Origin: Candidatus Woesearchaeota archaeon
GTDB lineage: Archaea > Nanobdellota > Nanobdellia > Woesearchaeales > JBDRGA01
Reading direction: 5' to 3'
Assembly: GCA_043818175.1 (NCBI GenBank)
Contig: JBDRGA010000052.1
Coordinates: forward strand, 24,723 to 88,722
DNA: 64,000 nucleotides
The notes beneath the pieces are model-generated. The model made no database searches, was not told the DNA's origin, and worked only from the letters and a program-made list of their open reading frames with translations. Below are positions 30,003 through 39,558 of the stretch, in pieces. Numbering within the stretch: position 1 is the stretch's first letter; the number at the start of each line of letters is the position of its first letter. The translations under genes were made by a program, and so were the position numbers.

Positions 30003-30390
30003 CTAGGCTTAATCCGTATTCTCGTATGGATTGGCTGAGTTCGTTGAATCCCTCGTGCTTTCGCTTGAAAGCCTCGGAAATGCCCGATTTTTGGCTTATC
30101 TTCTTTTGTCTGACCTGAAACCGTATGTCCTCAGGAAGTCGCTCCAGTAAAAGCCAACGGTAAACTGTGAATGGATTATGCCCTTTTTCCATCAGCAAGG
30201 CGTAGATGTCTTTTTCGACTCCTAAGAGCAGATAGTCTTTCTTATTGTAGTGGTAATGTGCTAGTTTTCCCATAATTTCCTGAAGATTACGCACGTCCAC
30301 TTGAGGAAGACGACTCTTCAAAAGAATCCTAAACGATTCCAGCTTCTCAACAAAACTTTTCTGCATATTCGGGTCTTTCACGCACGTCAC
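29989..30390 (-). CDS. hypothetical protein; possible frameshifted N-terminal (core-binding) domain of the adjacent integrase
   Basis: Overlaps the integrase start by 14 nt in another frame. KDIYALLMEKGHNPFTVYRWLLLERL resembles Xer N-domain helices. Confidence 0.3.
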   Translation of the reverse strand: MTCVKDPNMQKSFVEKLESFRILLKSRLPQVDVRNLQEIMGKLAHYHYNKKDYLLLGVEKDIYALLMEKGHNPFTVYRWLLLERLPEDIRFQVRQKKISQKSGISEAFKRKHEGFNELSQSIREYGLSLVARM

Positions 30391-30496
30391 CTCGTTTAAA
30401 ACCCAAAAACCCCAAATACTGCCGACACAAAGCCCGGCTCACCAGATGCAGAATATATAAATCTTTCGCGTATTTACCACCAATTAGTAGCACTAG

Positions 30497-30739
30497 TGAC
30501 CCTGGGGGGATTCGAACCCCCGACCTACAGCTCGCTCCTCGTTTTCTCGATTGGGGGGACTTCAATCCGCAGATTGAATGTCGCCCATCGGGATCAAGGA
30601 ACGAAACCCTTGACCGTTAGGAGGCTGCCGCGCTATATGCCCAAGGTCTGCCCCTAGTTGAATGGGCTTGAGCTCCAGGGGAGCGAAACCCATATCGGGA
30701 TCAAGGAACGAAACCCTTGCCAGGCTGCGCTACAGGGCC
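30497..30739 (-). tRNA. tRNA-Arg(CCT) with two long introns (D-loop ~80 nt and anticodon-loop ~85 nt)
   Basis: Acceptor GGCCCTG/CAGGGTC with A73. GCGC-AGCCTGG...ATA-GCGC D arm interrupted. GCAGC-CTCCTA[intron]A-GCTGT anticodon arm. AGGTC variable loop. GGGGG-TTCGAAT-CCCCC T arm. Confidence 0.7.
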
Positions 30740-30876
30740 ATTGTCACAGCAGTTGCAGCGTCTTTATAAACATATTTGCGCTGTAATGAAATGAAGGATA
30801 GTGAAGTTTGCTTGGTGTTTGATGCTACTGTATAATAACAACATATGCAAACTTTTATATATTGTAGATTTTACCC

Positions 30877-31338
30877 TTGGTCAATGACGATGTGGGCAGA
30901 ATTTTTGACAGAGCGGAGGAGTCGGCACAGTCCAGGCACGCAATTGGATTGGAGGAGATAGCACGCGCTTCTGCCTTCAGTCTCGTGCAGTGGAACTCAA
31001 TTAATCACGATGCACCTGTGGACGTTGAAGGTGACCTGGTGCGAATCTACTTTCCTGTGGACCTAGCCGTGACCTTCGGACCCAAGAAGTCCTTCCAAGA
31101 GCGTTTGAAAATGCTGGATGGTGACTCTGCGGACGAAGGTCTTGCCAAGGTTTCCTATCTAGTCGGGTCTACGGACCTGAAATCTCTCAATTCCGCATTG
31201 CGGGAAGCGGAGTTACAAGACAAGTCTCGCCTGTTCAAGAGATACATGAAGAGGTACGGTAAAGACTATGATCTTGTTGTGGTTACGTTTGGCTATTTTC
31301 CAATAAGGGGAGATCAAACATCGCCTGACCTTCTTTAA
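30877..31338 (+). CDS. hypothetical protein (153 aa)
   Basis: ORF only. Confidence 0.3.
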   Translation: MVNDDVGRIFDRAEESAQSRHAIGLEEIARASAFSLVQWNSINHDAPVDVEGDLVRIYFPVDLAVTFGPKKSFQERLKMLDGDSADEGLAKVSYLVGSTDLKSLNSALREAELQDKSRLFKRYMKRYGKDYDLVVVTFGYFPIRGDQTSPDLL

Positions 31339-31377
31339 ATCAGCAGTTTCTTATTGTACCTCTTGTTGCACTGTAGC

Positions 31378-32382
31378 ATGTACGTTCTCAAGTTGAAGCC
31401 CGAAGATTTCATCGTTGACGAGATTCCGCTAAGCAATAAAGCAGACGCAGAAAGTGATGGACAGTATCTCATTCTTAACGTTAGGAAGAAGAACCTCACA
31501 ACAAAACAGGCTGTGCTTAAGGTTCAGAGGTTCTACAATGTTAATGATAAAGACATAGGTTATGCTGGAATGAAGGACAAGAACGCTGTAACGACTCAAT
31601 ACCTTAGCGTTAAAACAGCAAGAAACGATATTCCTAAGTCAGTGCCAGAGCTCATCATAGAAAAGGCAGGGCGAAGCAAAGAAAGAATCAACCTCGGGGA
31701 GCATGGAGGCAACGCGTTTACTATTGTCGTAAGAAATCTCGAGAAACCGCTTTCAATACCAAAGAGCGTTCCAAACTATTTTGGCGAGCAAAGGTTCAGC
31801 GAGAATAACGTAGATGCGGGCATTGCAATATTGAAGGGGAATTTCAAGGAAGCCGTTGACCTAATCAGCTTAAACAACCAGGACAAGCACAGAATGACAA
31901 AGGTAAATGACAATCCAGTAATGCAGTTAAGGGAACTGCCGAGAAGACAATTGAGCTTGTTGATAGGCTCTGTTCAATCTGCCTGCTTTAATCATTTGTT
32001 GTCGAAATATGTGATTGAGCATGACTCAGATGCAAAAATAATACAGAACAAGGCAGGCGCACTGACGTACAGCAATGAAACATTACCAGAAGCAAAAATA
32101 CCATTGCCTGGTTTCGGTGTTGAACCAAATGAATTCGATTCCGAAATGGACTTATGGTTGAAAAAACATGAAATCACAAGAAGACACTTCATCATCAAAG
32201 CACTGCCTGGCTTAAGTGCCGAAGGCGGAGAGAGAAACGCGATAATGGAAATTAAAGATATTAGCATTGGAAAGCTAGAAAAAGATGACTTTCATGAAGG
32301 AAAGCATAAGCAAATAGTAAAATTCACATTAAGCCCGGGCAGTTACGCGACAATAGCAATAGAAGCTATGTTTTCGTCCTGA
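31378..32382 (+). CDS. truD: tRNA pseudouridine synthase TruD/Pus7-like
   Basis: FIVDEIP N-terminus and catalytic GYAGMKDKNAVTTQ (conserved Asp in GxKD). Confidence 0.7.
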   Translation: MYVLKLKPEDFIVDEIPLSNKADAESDGQYLILNVRKKNLTTKQAVLKVQRFYNVNDKDIGYAGMKDKNAVTTQYLSVKTARNDIPKSVPELIIEKAGRSKERINLGEHGGNAFTIVVRNLEKPLSIPKSVPNYFGEQRFSENNVDAGIAILKGNFKEAVDLISLNNQDKHRMTKVNDNPVMQLRELPRRQLSLLIGSVQSACFNHLLSKYVIEHDSDAKIIQNKAGALTYSNETLPEAKIPLPGFGVEPNEFDSEMDLWLKKHEITRRHFIIKALPGLSAEGGERNAIMEIKDISIGKLEKDDFHEGKHKQIVKFTLSPGSYATIAIEAMFSS

Positions 32383-32995
32383 TTCTTCTAACAATCTCAG
32401 CAAACACGTCCTTAATAGCTCGTTCACCATCAACTTCCATCAAAATACCATTTTCTTTGTAGAACTCGGCAACGGGCTCAGTGTTCTCATGATAAACAGC
32501 CAATCGCTTCTTAATGATTGCAGGCGTGTCATCATTCCTTTGCTTCAACTCAGTATGACAATGGTCACACATACCCTCCAGATGCGTTTTAACGTATGCA
32601 AGATTGTAATTAGCGCCACAGTGAGGACAATACCTTCTCATTATCATCCTGCGAGTTGCTTCTTCGTCAGAAATTCTGAGCAAAACAACTCTGTCAAGTC
32701 TTTCAATGGTATCTAGAAATTTAGCTTGAACAAGATTTCTAGGGTATCCATCAAGAATAAAGCCCTTCTCGTACTTCTTCACTGTTTCCTCAACAAGCTT
32801 GTTGTTAATGTCATCTGGAACAAGCTTTCCAGCAGTAACGTATGATTCAGCTTCAAGGCCCAATGGTGTTTTTCCAGCAATGTTCTTCCTAAGCAATTCA
32901 CCGGTACTTATTGCCTCAATCCTTAGCTTGTTTGCAAGAAGCATCGCCTGAGTGCCTTTTCCTGAGCCCTGAGGACCCATAACAACTAGCTTCAT
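32366..32995 (-). CDS. adk: adenylate kinase (zinc-lid type)
   Basis: P-loop GPQGSGKGTQ; lid with CPHCG...CDHC. Confidence 0.9.
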   Translation of the reverse strand: MKLVVMGPQGSGKGTQAMLLANKLRIEAISTGELLRKNIAGKTPLGLEAESYVTAGKLVPDDINNKLVEETVKKYEKGFILDGYPRNLVQAKFLDTIERLDRVVLLRISDEEATRRMIMRRYCPHCGANYNLAYVKTHLEGMCDHCHTELKQRNDDTPAIIKKRLAVYHENTEPVAEFYKENGILMEVDGERAIKDVFAEIVRRIRTKT

Positions 32996-33450
32996 CCAAA
33001 GTACCCCGGCTCGTTTTGCTTTCCTTCTTCTACAGCCCAGGCCTGCTGCAGCTTTCCTAGAGCATCAAGCAATGCGGGCTTCAACTCAGAATAAACCTTC
33101 ACTGCTTCATTAATGAAAGCAGCTCGCTTCACATCATCACCGGATATATCTGCTATCTGGCTTTTCCTGAAGAGGGTCATCATGTGCCTATACACGATGT
33201 ACAGCGCAGAACGCTCTCTTTCAGTGAAAACGTTTGCCTCGTGAACCGTAGTCAAGTTGGTCTCAGGATTCAGAATTTCATCGAGTACTTTCAACACATA
33301 ATCAATTCTTTCAACTACTCGACGCATTACTTCGTGCAAAGGCTTTGCGGTGTCATCTTCAATACATCCAAGGTCGAAGTCAACGTCCATTGAAGCATAT
33401 GAAGGAAGGTTGAACATTACAGCTATCGTGTCATAAGTCTTACTGTCCAT
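32992..33450 (-). CDS. hypothetical protein (152 aa)
   Basis: ORF only. Confidence 0.3.
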   Translation of the reverse strand: MDSKTYDTIAVMFNLPSYASMDVDFDLGCIEDDTAKPLHEVMRRVVERIDYVLKVLDEILNPETNLTTVHEANVFTERERSALYIVYRHMMTLFRKSQIADISGDDVKRAAFINEAVKVYSELKPALLDALGKLQQAWAVEEGKQNEPGYFG

Positions 33451-33552
33451 TATTAAAGGATTAGTGGTGGCTTTTTATACTTTGTCAAGAAAAGAAAAAA
33501 GGAAGTCCCCGTATCGATGGGAGGGGGTCAGAGAGAAACGAGGTCTTCCTTT

Positions 33553-33978
33553 TTAGCGTAATGTGGGCTTCTTGAACGTGTAGCCCGTTGCCGGCTTTCT
33601 AAGCTCTTGTAACCACATGAGGCCGATGCGCATCATGTTCTTGTTGAATTTATCTGAAAGCTTGTATGTCTTCTTGTAAAGGTCGTAATCGATCAAACCC
33701 ATCGTTTTCATGGGCGTTAGTATTCTATCGTAAAACTGTCTCTTGTTGTAAGACAATTTCTCTTGCTTCTTCTGTCCGAAGCGTTCATCCTTCGTTTCGA
33801 CGTTTATTCCGTCATGAAGTGCCGAGGCAAACAAACTCATCTCCGTTTTGCCTATTTCGCCGTCCTTTTCCTTGAGTTCCTCAATCAAGAGGCGTGCTAC
33901 GATAACTTGCTGTTTCGTCGCAAATATAATCTCGTATATGTTCTCCGGGAGGTTGTATTGGTCAAAGAGTACTACCAT
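33553..33978 (-). CDS. hypothetical protein (141 aa)
   Basis: ORF only. Confidence 0.3.
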   Translation of the reverse strand: MVVLFDQYNLPENIYEIIFATKQQVIVARLLIEELKEKDGEIGKTEMSLFASALHDGINVETKDERFGQKKQEKLSYNKRQFYDRILTPMKTMGLIDYDLYKKTYKLSDKFNKNMMRIGLMWLQELRKPATGYTFKKPTLR

Positions 33979-34067
33979 TTTTTCATTCCAGGTGGTTTTT
34001 GTTATAATATCCCTACTAATATATAAATGTTTCGATTAATATAGGTTTATGTATACTGGAGCGGACT

Positions 34068-35915
34068 TTAGGCCCCCTGGAAGAATTCCTTTATCAACCG
34101 TTCAAAAAGCACAGTAGTACGCACATCCCAATGTGGCGGGAAGCAGGAAAGATAGTTCTTCCATGCATATCGTTCATCAACAAACAACATCACTCCCCTG
34201 TCCGTTTCGGTTCTTATGCAACGACCTGCGCTCTGCAATGTTTTGTTAAAAGCAGGGAACAAATAACCGTAATCCCATCCCTTGGAAAATTTGACGTCGT
34301 AATACTCTATGAGCGCTTTCGTCTCCAAATCTGGCTTCTGAAGCGGAAGTCCTACAATAATGACTCCTTTGAGCAAATCACCAGGAAAATCAACGCCCTC
34401 GCCAAAACTACCACTCACTACTGCAAATAGAACGGCACCTGTTAGTTCATACCCTTTAAAGCGCTTCAGAAGGTCATCCTTTTCATGCGTACTCAAACCA
34501 GGCAGCTCGCTGAATGTTGTCTTATCAGTAGTAATCCTCGAAACAACATCGTCCTTTAATTGATAACTGGGAAAGAATACTGCGACGTTGCCAGGTATTG
34601 CGTTTATTGCACGCTCAAGTATTCTTGCAATCTCGTCATATTGTTGAGCGTTTCTGGTTGAATACTTCGTGCTTGTTTTAGGCACAACAATAGTAAGACG
34701 ATTCTCTTCTGGGAATGGACTATTCAAAACAAGCTCAGTGGCTGTCTCCATCCCAAGAATTTCCTTGTACATTATCGTTGGCGTTAAAGTTCCAGACATG
34801 ACTATTACGCTATGACAGTTTTTGAGAACTTCAGAAGAAAACAGCGCGGGGTCCAAACAACGGTTCATAAGAACAAAACCCTGTAAAGTTCCCTGCATTC
34901 TACGAATAATTCTAGTATATCCTTCACCGGATTCCACCCAACTCCGCAGGAAATCAGCCACGGCACCAACACTACTACCTCTTTGCTCATCACGAACATG
35001 CTCGGCAAAATCTTCATAACAATCAATCTGATCCTGAATGGGTTGAATCTTTTCTATAGCTTCAAGCACTTCATCTCTATCAACGTACATTTCTGTTTCG
35101 CCGCCCAACTTATCAAGCATGCTATCCAACTCAGAAAGCCAGTCTGCATATGGCTCATGGTTATGCTTCTTAGCTTCAGTTACGGCTCTTTGAATTCCAA
35201 TAGATGTTATTTGGTCTGAAGCCAACTCCTTGATACGTTGTGGAAGATTATGACCCTCATCAAGAACTAAGATGACATCCTGCAGACTTTTTCCAATTCT
35301 ACGAAGGAACCCCTCGCGAATTCGAGGGTGAAAAATGTAATAATAGTCCGCGATTATGATCTTTGCATCCCTTGCCATCGCCATGGAAACTTCGTAAGGA
35401 CATAGTTTATGGTTCCTCGCTATTTCCATGACCAATTGCATACTATAATCGTTGCGACCCTTCAGCTCCTCCAGTGCTCTTCTAAGTGCAGGCGAGGGTG
35501 AATCACCCTTCTTCAGATTATTGTAGAATTCACATAGCGAGTCTTCTCTCATGCCCCTGCAATACTCGTTGAAACGTCGAGTAGTGAGGGTCATGGCACC
35601 AGGCTGAAGACATAAGTGTTTCTTCCCGATAACATCAACAGCGAGAAACTTCAAACCAAATGCATCCTTGATGTCCCGTGCAGTTCTCAAGGCGAGCTCA
35701 TGATGCGTATGTCTTGACGTTAAAAAGAGAACGACCTTGTCAGAACGCATCGCTTCCTTCAACGCAGGTCCAAGAGCTGCAACCGTCTTTCCCAATCCTG
35801 TTGGAGCGTGTGCTATGAGGCTTCCACCTGTCTTAACTGCTTCAGACACTGCATTTATGAGCAAATCCTGCTCGGGCCTTATCTCTGCATATGGAAAGAA
35901 TACATCTTCCTTCAT
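34068..35915 (-). CDS. XPD/Rad3-family ATP-dependent DNA helicase
   Basis: Walker A APTGLGKT, DEGH box VILVLDEGHNL, and Fe-S cluster cysteines between motifs I and II. Confidence 0.8.
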   Translation of the reverse strand: MKEDVFFPYAEIRPEQDLLINAVSEAVKTGGSLIAHAPTGLGKTVAALGPALKEAMRSDKVVLFLTSRHTHHELALRTARDIKDAFGLKFLAVDVIGKKHLCLQPGAMTLTTRRFNEYCRGMREDSLCEFYNNLKKGDSPSPALRRALEELKGRNDYSMQLVMEIARNHKLCPYEVSMAMARDAKIIIADYYYIFHPRIREGFLRRIGKSLQDVILVLDEGHNLPQRIKELASDQITSIGIQRAVTEAKKHNHEPYADWLSELDSMLDKLGGETEMYVDRDEVLEAIEKIQPIQDQIDCYEDFAEHVRDEQRGSSVGAVADFLRSWVESGEGYTRIIRRMQGTLQGFVLMNRCLDPALFSSEVLKNCHSVIVMSGTLTPTIMYKEILGMETATELVLNSPFPEENRLTIVVPKTSTKYSTRNAQQYDEIARILERAINAIPGNVAVFFPSYQLKDDVVSRITTDKTTFSELPGLSTHEKDDLLKRFKGYELTGAVLFAVVSGSFGEGVDFPGDLLKGVIIVGLPLQKPDLETKALIEYYDVKFSKGWDYGYLFPAFNKTLQSAGRCIRTETDRGVMLFVDERYAWKNYLSCFPPHWDVRTTVLFERLIKEFFQGA

Positions 35916-35946
35916 GAGATGGAGAGAGTTAAGCTCTTTATATGCG

Positions 35947-36642
35947 TTATGCGCCTTTCTTAGGTGGCGGAAAAAACGATTTCTTAACGTTCTTAACGCC
36001 TTTTTTCAAGCCAGAGAGCACATTTCTTGACTCTATTGGCTTCATCTCAATTTCAGGCATTGCAGCTTTAATCGCCAAACTGTAATCTCTTAGAACGACG
36101 TGCATGTTCTTAATCTTGTTACCATACTGGTTAAAGTAAACAACTGCCTGCAATGGCGTTGTAGTTTTGGGAGAAGGTACTTCTGCAGGGAATCCCAAGC
36201 AAACTATTGCGTGCGCCTTAGATTTAGAGGGTATGCTGAATATTGCTTTGATTTTCTCATCATCAAACCCACCAACCCAAACAGCGCCAAGACCAAGATT
36301 ATGTGCAGCAAGAAGCATGTTTTCTGTTGCGGCTGCAGCATCATGAGCACTATAAACATTCTCACCCTTTGGACCGTACCACGCCTCAACCTTCTCAGGC
36401 AACGCACAAACAACCACAATGGCTTGAGCAGTATTGAAGCATTCCTGGTCCATGCAAAACTGTTTCAAGCCATGAATCACGTGCGGGTCCGTGCAAAGGA
36501 TGAACCTTCTTGCCTCAAGACCGCCAGTGCTTGGAGCCATGTGACCTGCTTCAATAATGGCCGTAACAACATCAAAGTCAAGGGGCTCTGCCGAGAACTT
36601 TCGTATTGAGCGGCGCGTCCTTATGGCTTCGAGCGCATCCAT
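35947..36642 (-). CDS. nitroreductase family protein
   Basis: AIRTRRSIRKF N-terminus; conserved FMN-binding core. Confidence 0.75.
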   Translation of the reverse strand: MDALEAIRTRRSIRKFSAEPLDFDVVTAIIEAGHMAPSTGGLEARRFILCTDPHVIHGLKQFCMDQECFNTAQAIVVVCALPEKVEAWYGPKGENVYSAHDAAAATENMLLAAHNLGLGAVWVGGFDDEKIKAIFSIPSKSKAHAIVCLGFPAEVPSPKTTTPLQAVVYFNQYGNKIKNMHVVLRDYSLAIKAAMPEIEMKPIESRNVLSGLKKGVKNVKKSFFPPPKKGA

Positions 36643-36667
36643 GATTTGTTTTTAGGGAAGCGTCCTT

Positions 36668-36994
36668 TTAAAGCTTTCTCAACCTTAACCCACAACCATG
36701 ACAGAAGTTGAATGTTGTGTAGTTCCTTGCCTTACATCTGGAGCAAACGATGACGTGATGTGTTCCGGTAACTCTTGCATGTGTATTCTTGTCTTTAGAT
36801 ATTGTTTCTTTATGTGTAGATTTTGAGGCGCCCCTTCCCTTCAACAACTTGAATGCAGCAATTAAAATAAGCAATATTCCAACATAGATGAACAGACTCA
36901 TTCCAGGTGCGTTCGCTGTGCTCTTTACAACTTGTGCAAAAGCAGCGACAAGAATGCCTATTAGCCCATAAACCCACCAAGGTATGCTCGCCAT
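36668..36994 (-). CDS. small membrane protein with C-terminal zinc ribbon
   Basis: Two TM segments plus CSRC...CHGC. Confidence 0.4.
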   Translation of the reverse strand: MASIPWWVYGLIGILVAAFAQVVKSTANAPGMSLFIYVGILLILIAAFKLLKGRGASKSTHKETISKDKNTHARVTGTHHVIVCSRCKARNYTTFNFCHGCGLRLRKL

Positions 36995-37046
36995 TACAAC
37001 TAAAGTTGCATAACGGATTTATATAGTTAATGCCTCCCCTCTGTAC

Positions 37047-37721
37047 ATGAAACTTGGAGTATTGTTCAGTGGGGGGAAGGATTCTTGTCTTGCATGGAGC
37101 ATTGCAACGAAAGAGCATGAGGTTGTCTGCCTTATAACCGTTGCTTCAAAAAACAAGGACAGTTACTTCTTTCACACTCCAAACATAGAGTTAACTGTAC
37201 TACAGGCAGAGGCATCTGGAATCCCTCATATTATTCACGTGACAGAGGGAGAGAAGGAAAAGGAACTGCTGGACCTGAAGAGAGCAATAGAAGAAGCCAT
37301 GCAAAAACATAAAATCGAAGGCATTGTAACGGGAGCGGTGCTTTCAGTGTATCAAGCGACGAGGGTGCAGAAAATCTGTTATGAACTCAATCTTTGGTGC
37401 TTCAATCCTTTGTGGCTGATGGATCAACTTGAATTATTACAAGAATTGCAAACGAGAAAGATAAACGCAATCATCGGAGCCGTTGCCTCAGAACCATTTG
37501 ATGCGAAATGGCTGGGAAGAAATATTGATGAATTGTTCATCAAAGATATTTCTAGCATAACTCATTTAGCGAACCCTGCCGGCGAGGGCGGCGAGTTCGA
37601 GAGCTTTGTTATTGATATGCCTTTGTTCAAGAAGAAGATTGAAATCGTTAAGGCAAGAACTGAATACAACAATTATGTAGGCAAGTACATCATCGAGGAG
37701 GCACGCTTATGCGAGAAATAG
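37047..37721 (+). CDS. Dph6-like ATP pyrophosphatase (diphthine-ammonia ligase family, MJ0570-like)
   Basis: PP-loop SGGKDS at the N-terminus. Confidence 0.7.
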   Translation: MKLGVLFSGGKDSCLAWSIATKEHEVVCLITVASKNKDSYFFHTPNIELTVLQAEASGIPHIIHVTEGEKEKELLDLKRAIEEAMQKHKIEGIVTGAVLSVYQATRVQKICYELNLWCFNPLWLMDQLELLQELQTRKINAIIGAVASEPFDAKWLGRNIDELFIKDISSITHLANPAGEGGEFESFVIDMPLFKKKIEIVKARTEYNNYVGKYIIEEARLCEK

Positions 37722-38245
37722 GCGTCGTTCCTCTATGTGGAAAGGACTTGATGTTAAGAAGAGAATTCGTAATGCCTCTTGTCAGGATTGTCAATGATTC
37801 TGGATTCAAAGCAAAGATAGTAGAACCAAATGATTTCTCGAGAGCCGAGATCCCATGCATCCTGAGTGGTACTACACTGAAGGACTTTGCTTATCTTGAG
37901 AACAAGAAGCTAGTTGAAGACGTGAGAAACTTTAAGCATCCTTTGTTTGGGATTTGTGCTGGGGCGCACCTCATAGCTATTGCAGTAGGAGGACGGTTGA
38001 CTGATAGCATCGAAATAGGTATGCTTCCAATTGAAATGCATGAGCCAAATGAACTATTCAAGAGTATTAAAGAAGGATATGCATTGCATACCAAAGGAAT
38101 CGAAGTATCGAGCAATTGCAAGGCGTTACTAAGTAACGCCAATGGCACGCAGATGTTCAAGAACAAAAATCATCTAGGAATACTGTTCCATCCAGAAGTA
38201 AGGCACTTTAAAATCATAACCAATTGGATTCAGACGTTGCAATAG
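37709..38245 (+). CDS. class I glutamine amidotransferase-like protein
   Basis: Nucleophile elbow GICAGAHL and C-terminal His region LFHPE. Confidence 0.6.
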   Translation: MREIGVVPLCGKDLMLRREFVMPLVRIVNDSGFKAKIVEPNDFSRAEIPCILSGTTLKDFAYLENKKLVEDVRNFKHPLFGICAGAHLIAIAVGGRLTDSIEIGMLPIEMHEPNELFKSIKEGYALHTKGIEVSSNCKALLSNANGTQMFKNKNHLGILFHPEVRHFKIITNWIQTLQ

Positions 38246-38263
38246 TGGTGGATTGCAAAACAA

Positions 38264-39538
38264 CTATTTAGTGCGTATTTCTTTCTTCCCAAAGAAAGGC
38301 TGCAATGCCTTCGGAATCTTAATGCTTCCATCATTCTGCAAGTGATTCTCGACAAAGGCAATCATCATCCTGCTTGTAGCCATGGCTGTATTGTTCAACG
38401 TATGCACATATTCAGTCGCGTCCTTCTTTCTATAACGAATATTCAACCTTCGAGCCTGATGGTCCGTTAAATTGGAGCAAGAACCGACTTCCTTGTACTC
38501 TTTTTGGTGAGGGAACCATGCCTCAACATCATACTGTCTTGCCTTCATCACGCCAAGGTCACCAGTACACATCTCAAGAACATGGTAAGGAATCTCAAGA
38601 GCCTGCATTATCTCCTCAGTATTCTTCAAAAGTTCGTCAAACGCCTTCCAGGAATCTTCTGGCTTGCAGAATATGAACTGCTCAACTTTATTGAACTGGT
38701 GCGTTCTAAATAATCCTTTCTCGTCAATACCATGCGAACCAATTTCCTTTCTGAAGCACATACTGTATCCAGTTACCTTTAGAGGAAGCTCTTCAATAGT
38801 CTGGTCCATGAACATACCACCAATTGAGTGTTCGGACGTACCAATCAAGTACAAATCTTCCCCGTCAATCTTGTAAATCATATTGTCAAACTCTTCAAAG
38901 CTCACCATTCCATCCATGACAGAACGTCTGGTCATCAATGGAGGTTCAAGATACTGGTAACCCTTCTTCACTAAGTGTTGTATCGAGAACTGAATCAACG
39001 CCTGATTCAACAAAGCAAGGTCACCTTTCAAGTAATAGAATCCTTTCCCTGCAACGCGGGCACTTGCATCAAAGTCCGCAAGCCCTACCTGTTCGAGAAA
39101 CTCTGAATGCGGTTTTGTCGGAAATGGTTTTGGCTCTGCCTTTCCCCATGTTTTACGAACAACATTCTCAGATTCGTCCTTTCCAATAGGAACATCAGCA
39201 TGCAATATATTTGGTATTCTCTTAAGGGTTTCATCTCTCTTAACTTCAAGCAGTTTAGCCTTCTCCTCTGTTTCCTGAAGCTTCACAGGAATTTCCTTAG
39301 CTTTCTTCATTGCAACAGAAGCATCCTTTCCTGCCTTCTTGAGCGTGTTAATCTCCTGAGAAACAAGATTTCTCTCCCTGCGTAAATCATCTGTTTTCTT
39401 CTTCAAAGAACGCCATTCCTCGTCCAACTTGAAGGCAACTTCAACGAGCTTAACGTCGTACCCCCTTTTCTTCGTATTGGAAACTACGACTTCCTTATTC
39501 TCCCTGATTATCTTAACGTCAAACATTTCACTAGTCAA
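38264..39538 (-). CDS. serS: seryl-tRNA synthetase
   Basis: N-terminal coiled coil; class II motifs (FRKE, GxGxGxxR-like). Confidence 0.9.
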   Translation of the reverse strand: MTSEMFDVKIIRENKEVVVSNTKKRGYDVKLVEVAFKLDEEWRSLKKKTDDLRRERNLVSQEINTLKKAGKDASVAMKKAKEIPVKLQETEEKAKLLEVKRDETLKRIPNILHADVPIGKDESENVVRKTWGKAEPKPFPTKPHSEFLEQVGLADFDASARVAGKGFYYLKGDLALLNQALIQFSIQHLVKKGYQYLEPPLMTRRSVMDGMVSFEEFDNMIYKIDGEDLYLIGTSEHSIGGMFMDQTIEELPLKVTGYSMCFRKEIGSHGIDEKGLFRTHQFNKVEQFIFCKPEDSWKAFDELLKNTEEIMQALEIPYHVLEMCTGDLGVMKARQYDVEAWFPHQKEYKEVGSCSNLTDHQARRLNIRYRKKDATEYVHTLNNTAMATSRMMIAFVENHLQNDGSIKIPKALQPFFGKKEIRTK

Positions 39539-39558
39539 CTCGTATCTATTCTTAAGGA

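Larger units (their letters stand above)
24700..30480. mobile_element. putative integrative element carrying a DGR and two tyrosine recombinases, adjacent to tRNA-Arg(CCT); boundaries approximate
   Basis: An integrase gene (29223..30002) abuts the tRNA gene (30497..30739). The cargo is the RT, TR/VR, a second short recombinase and a nuclease-like ORF. att sites were not identified. Confidence 0.5.
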
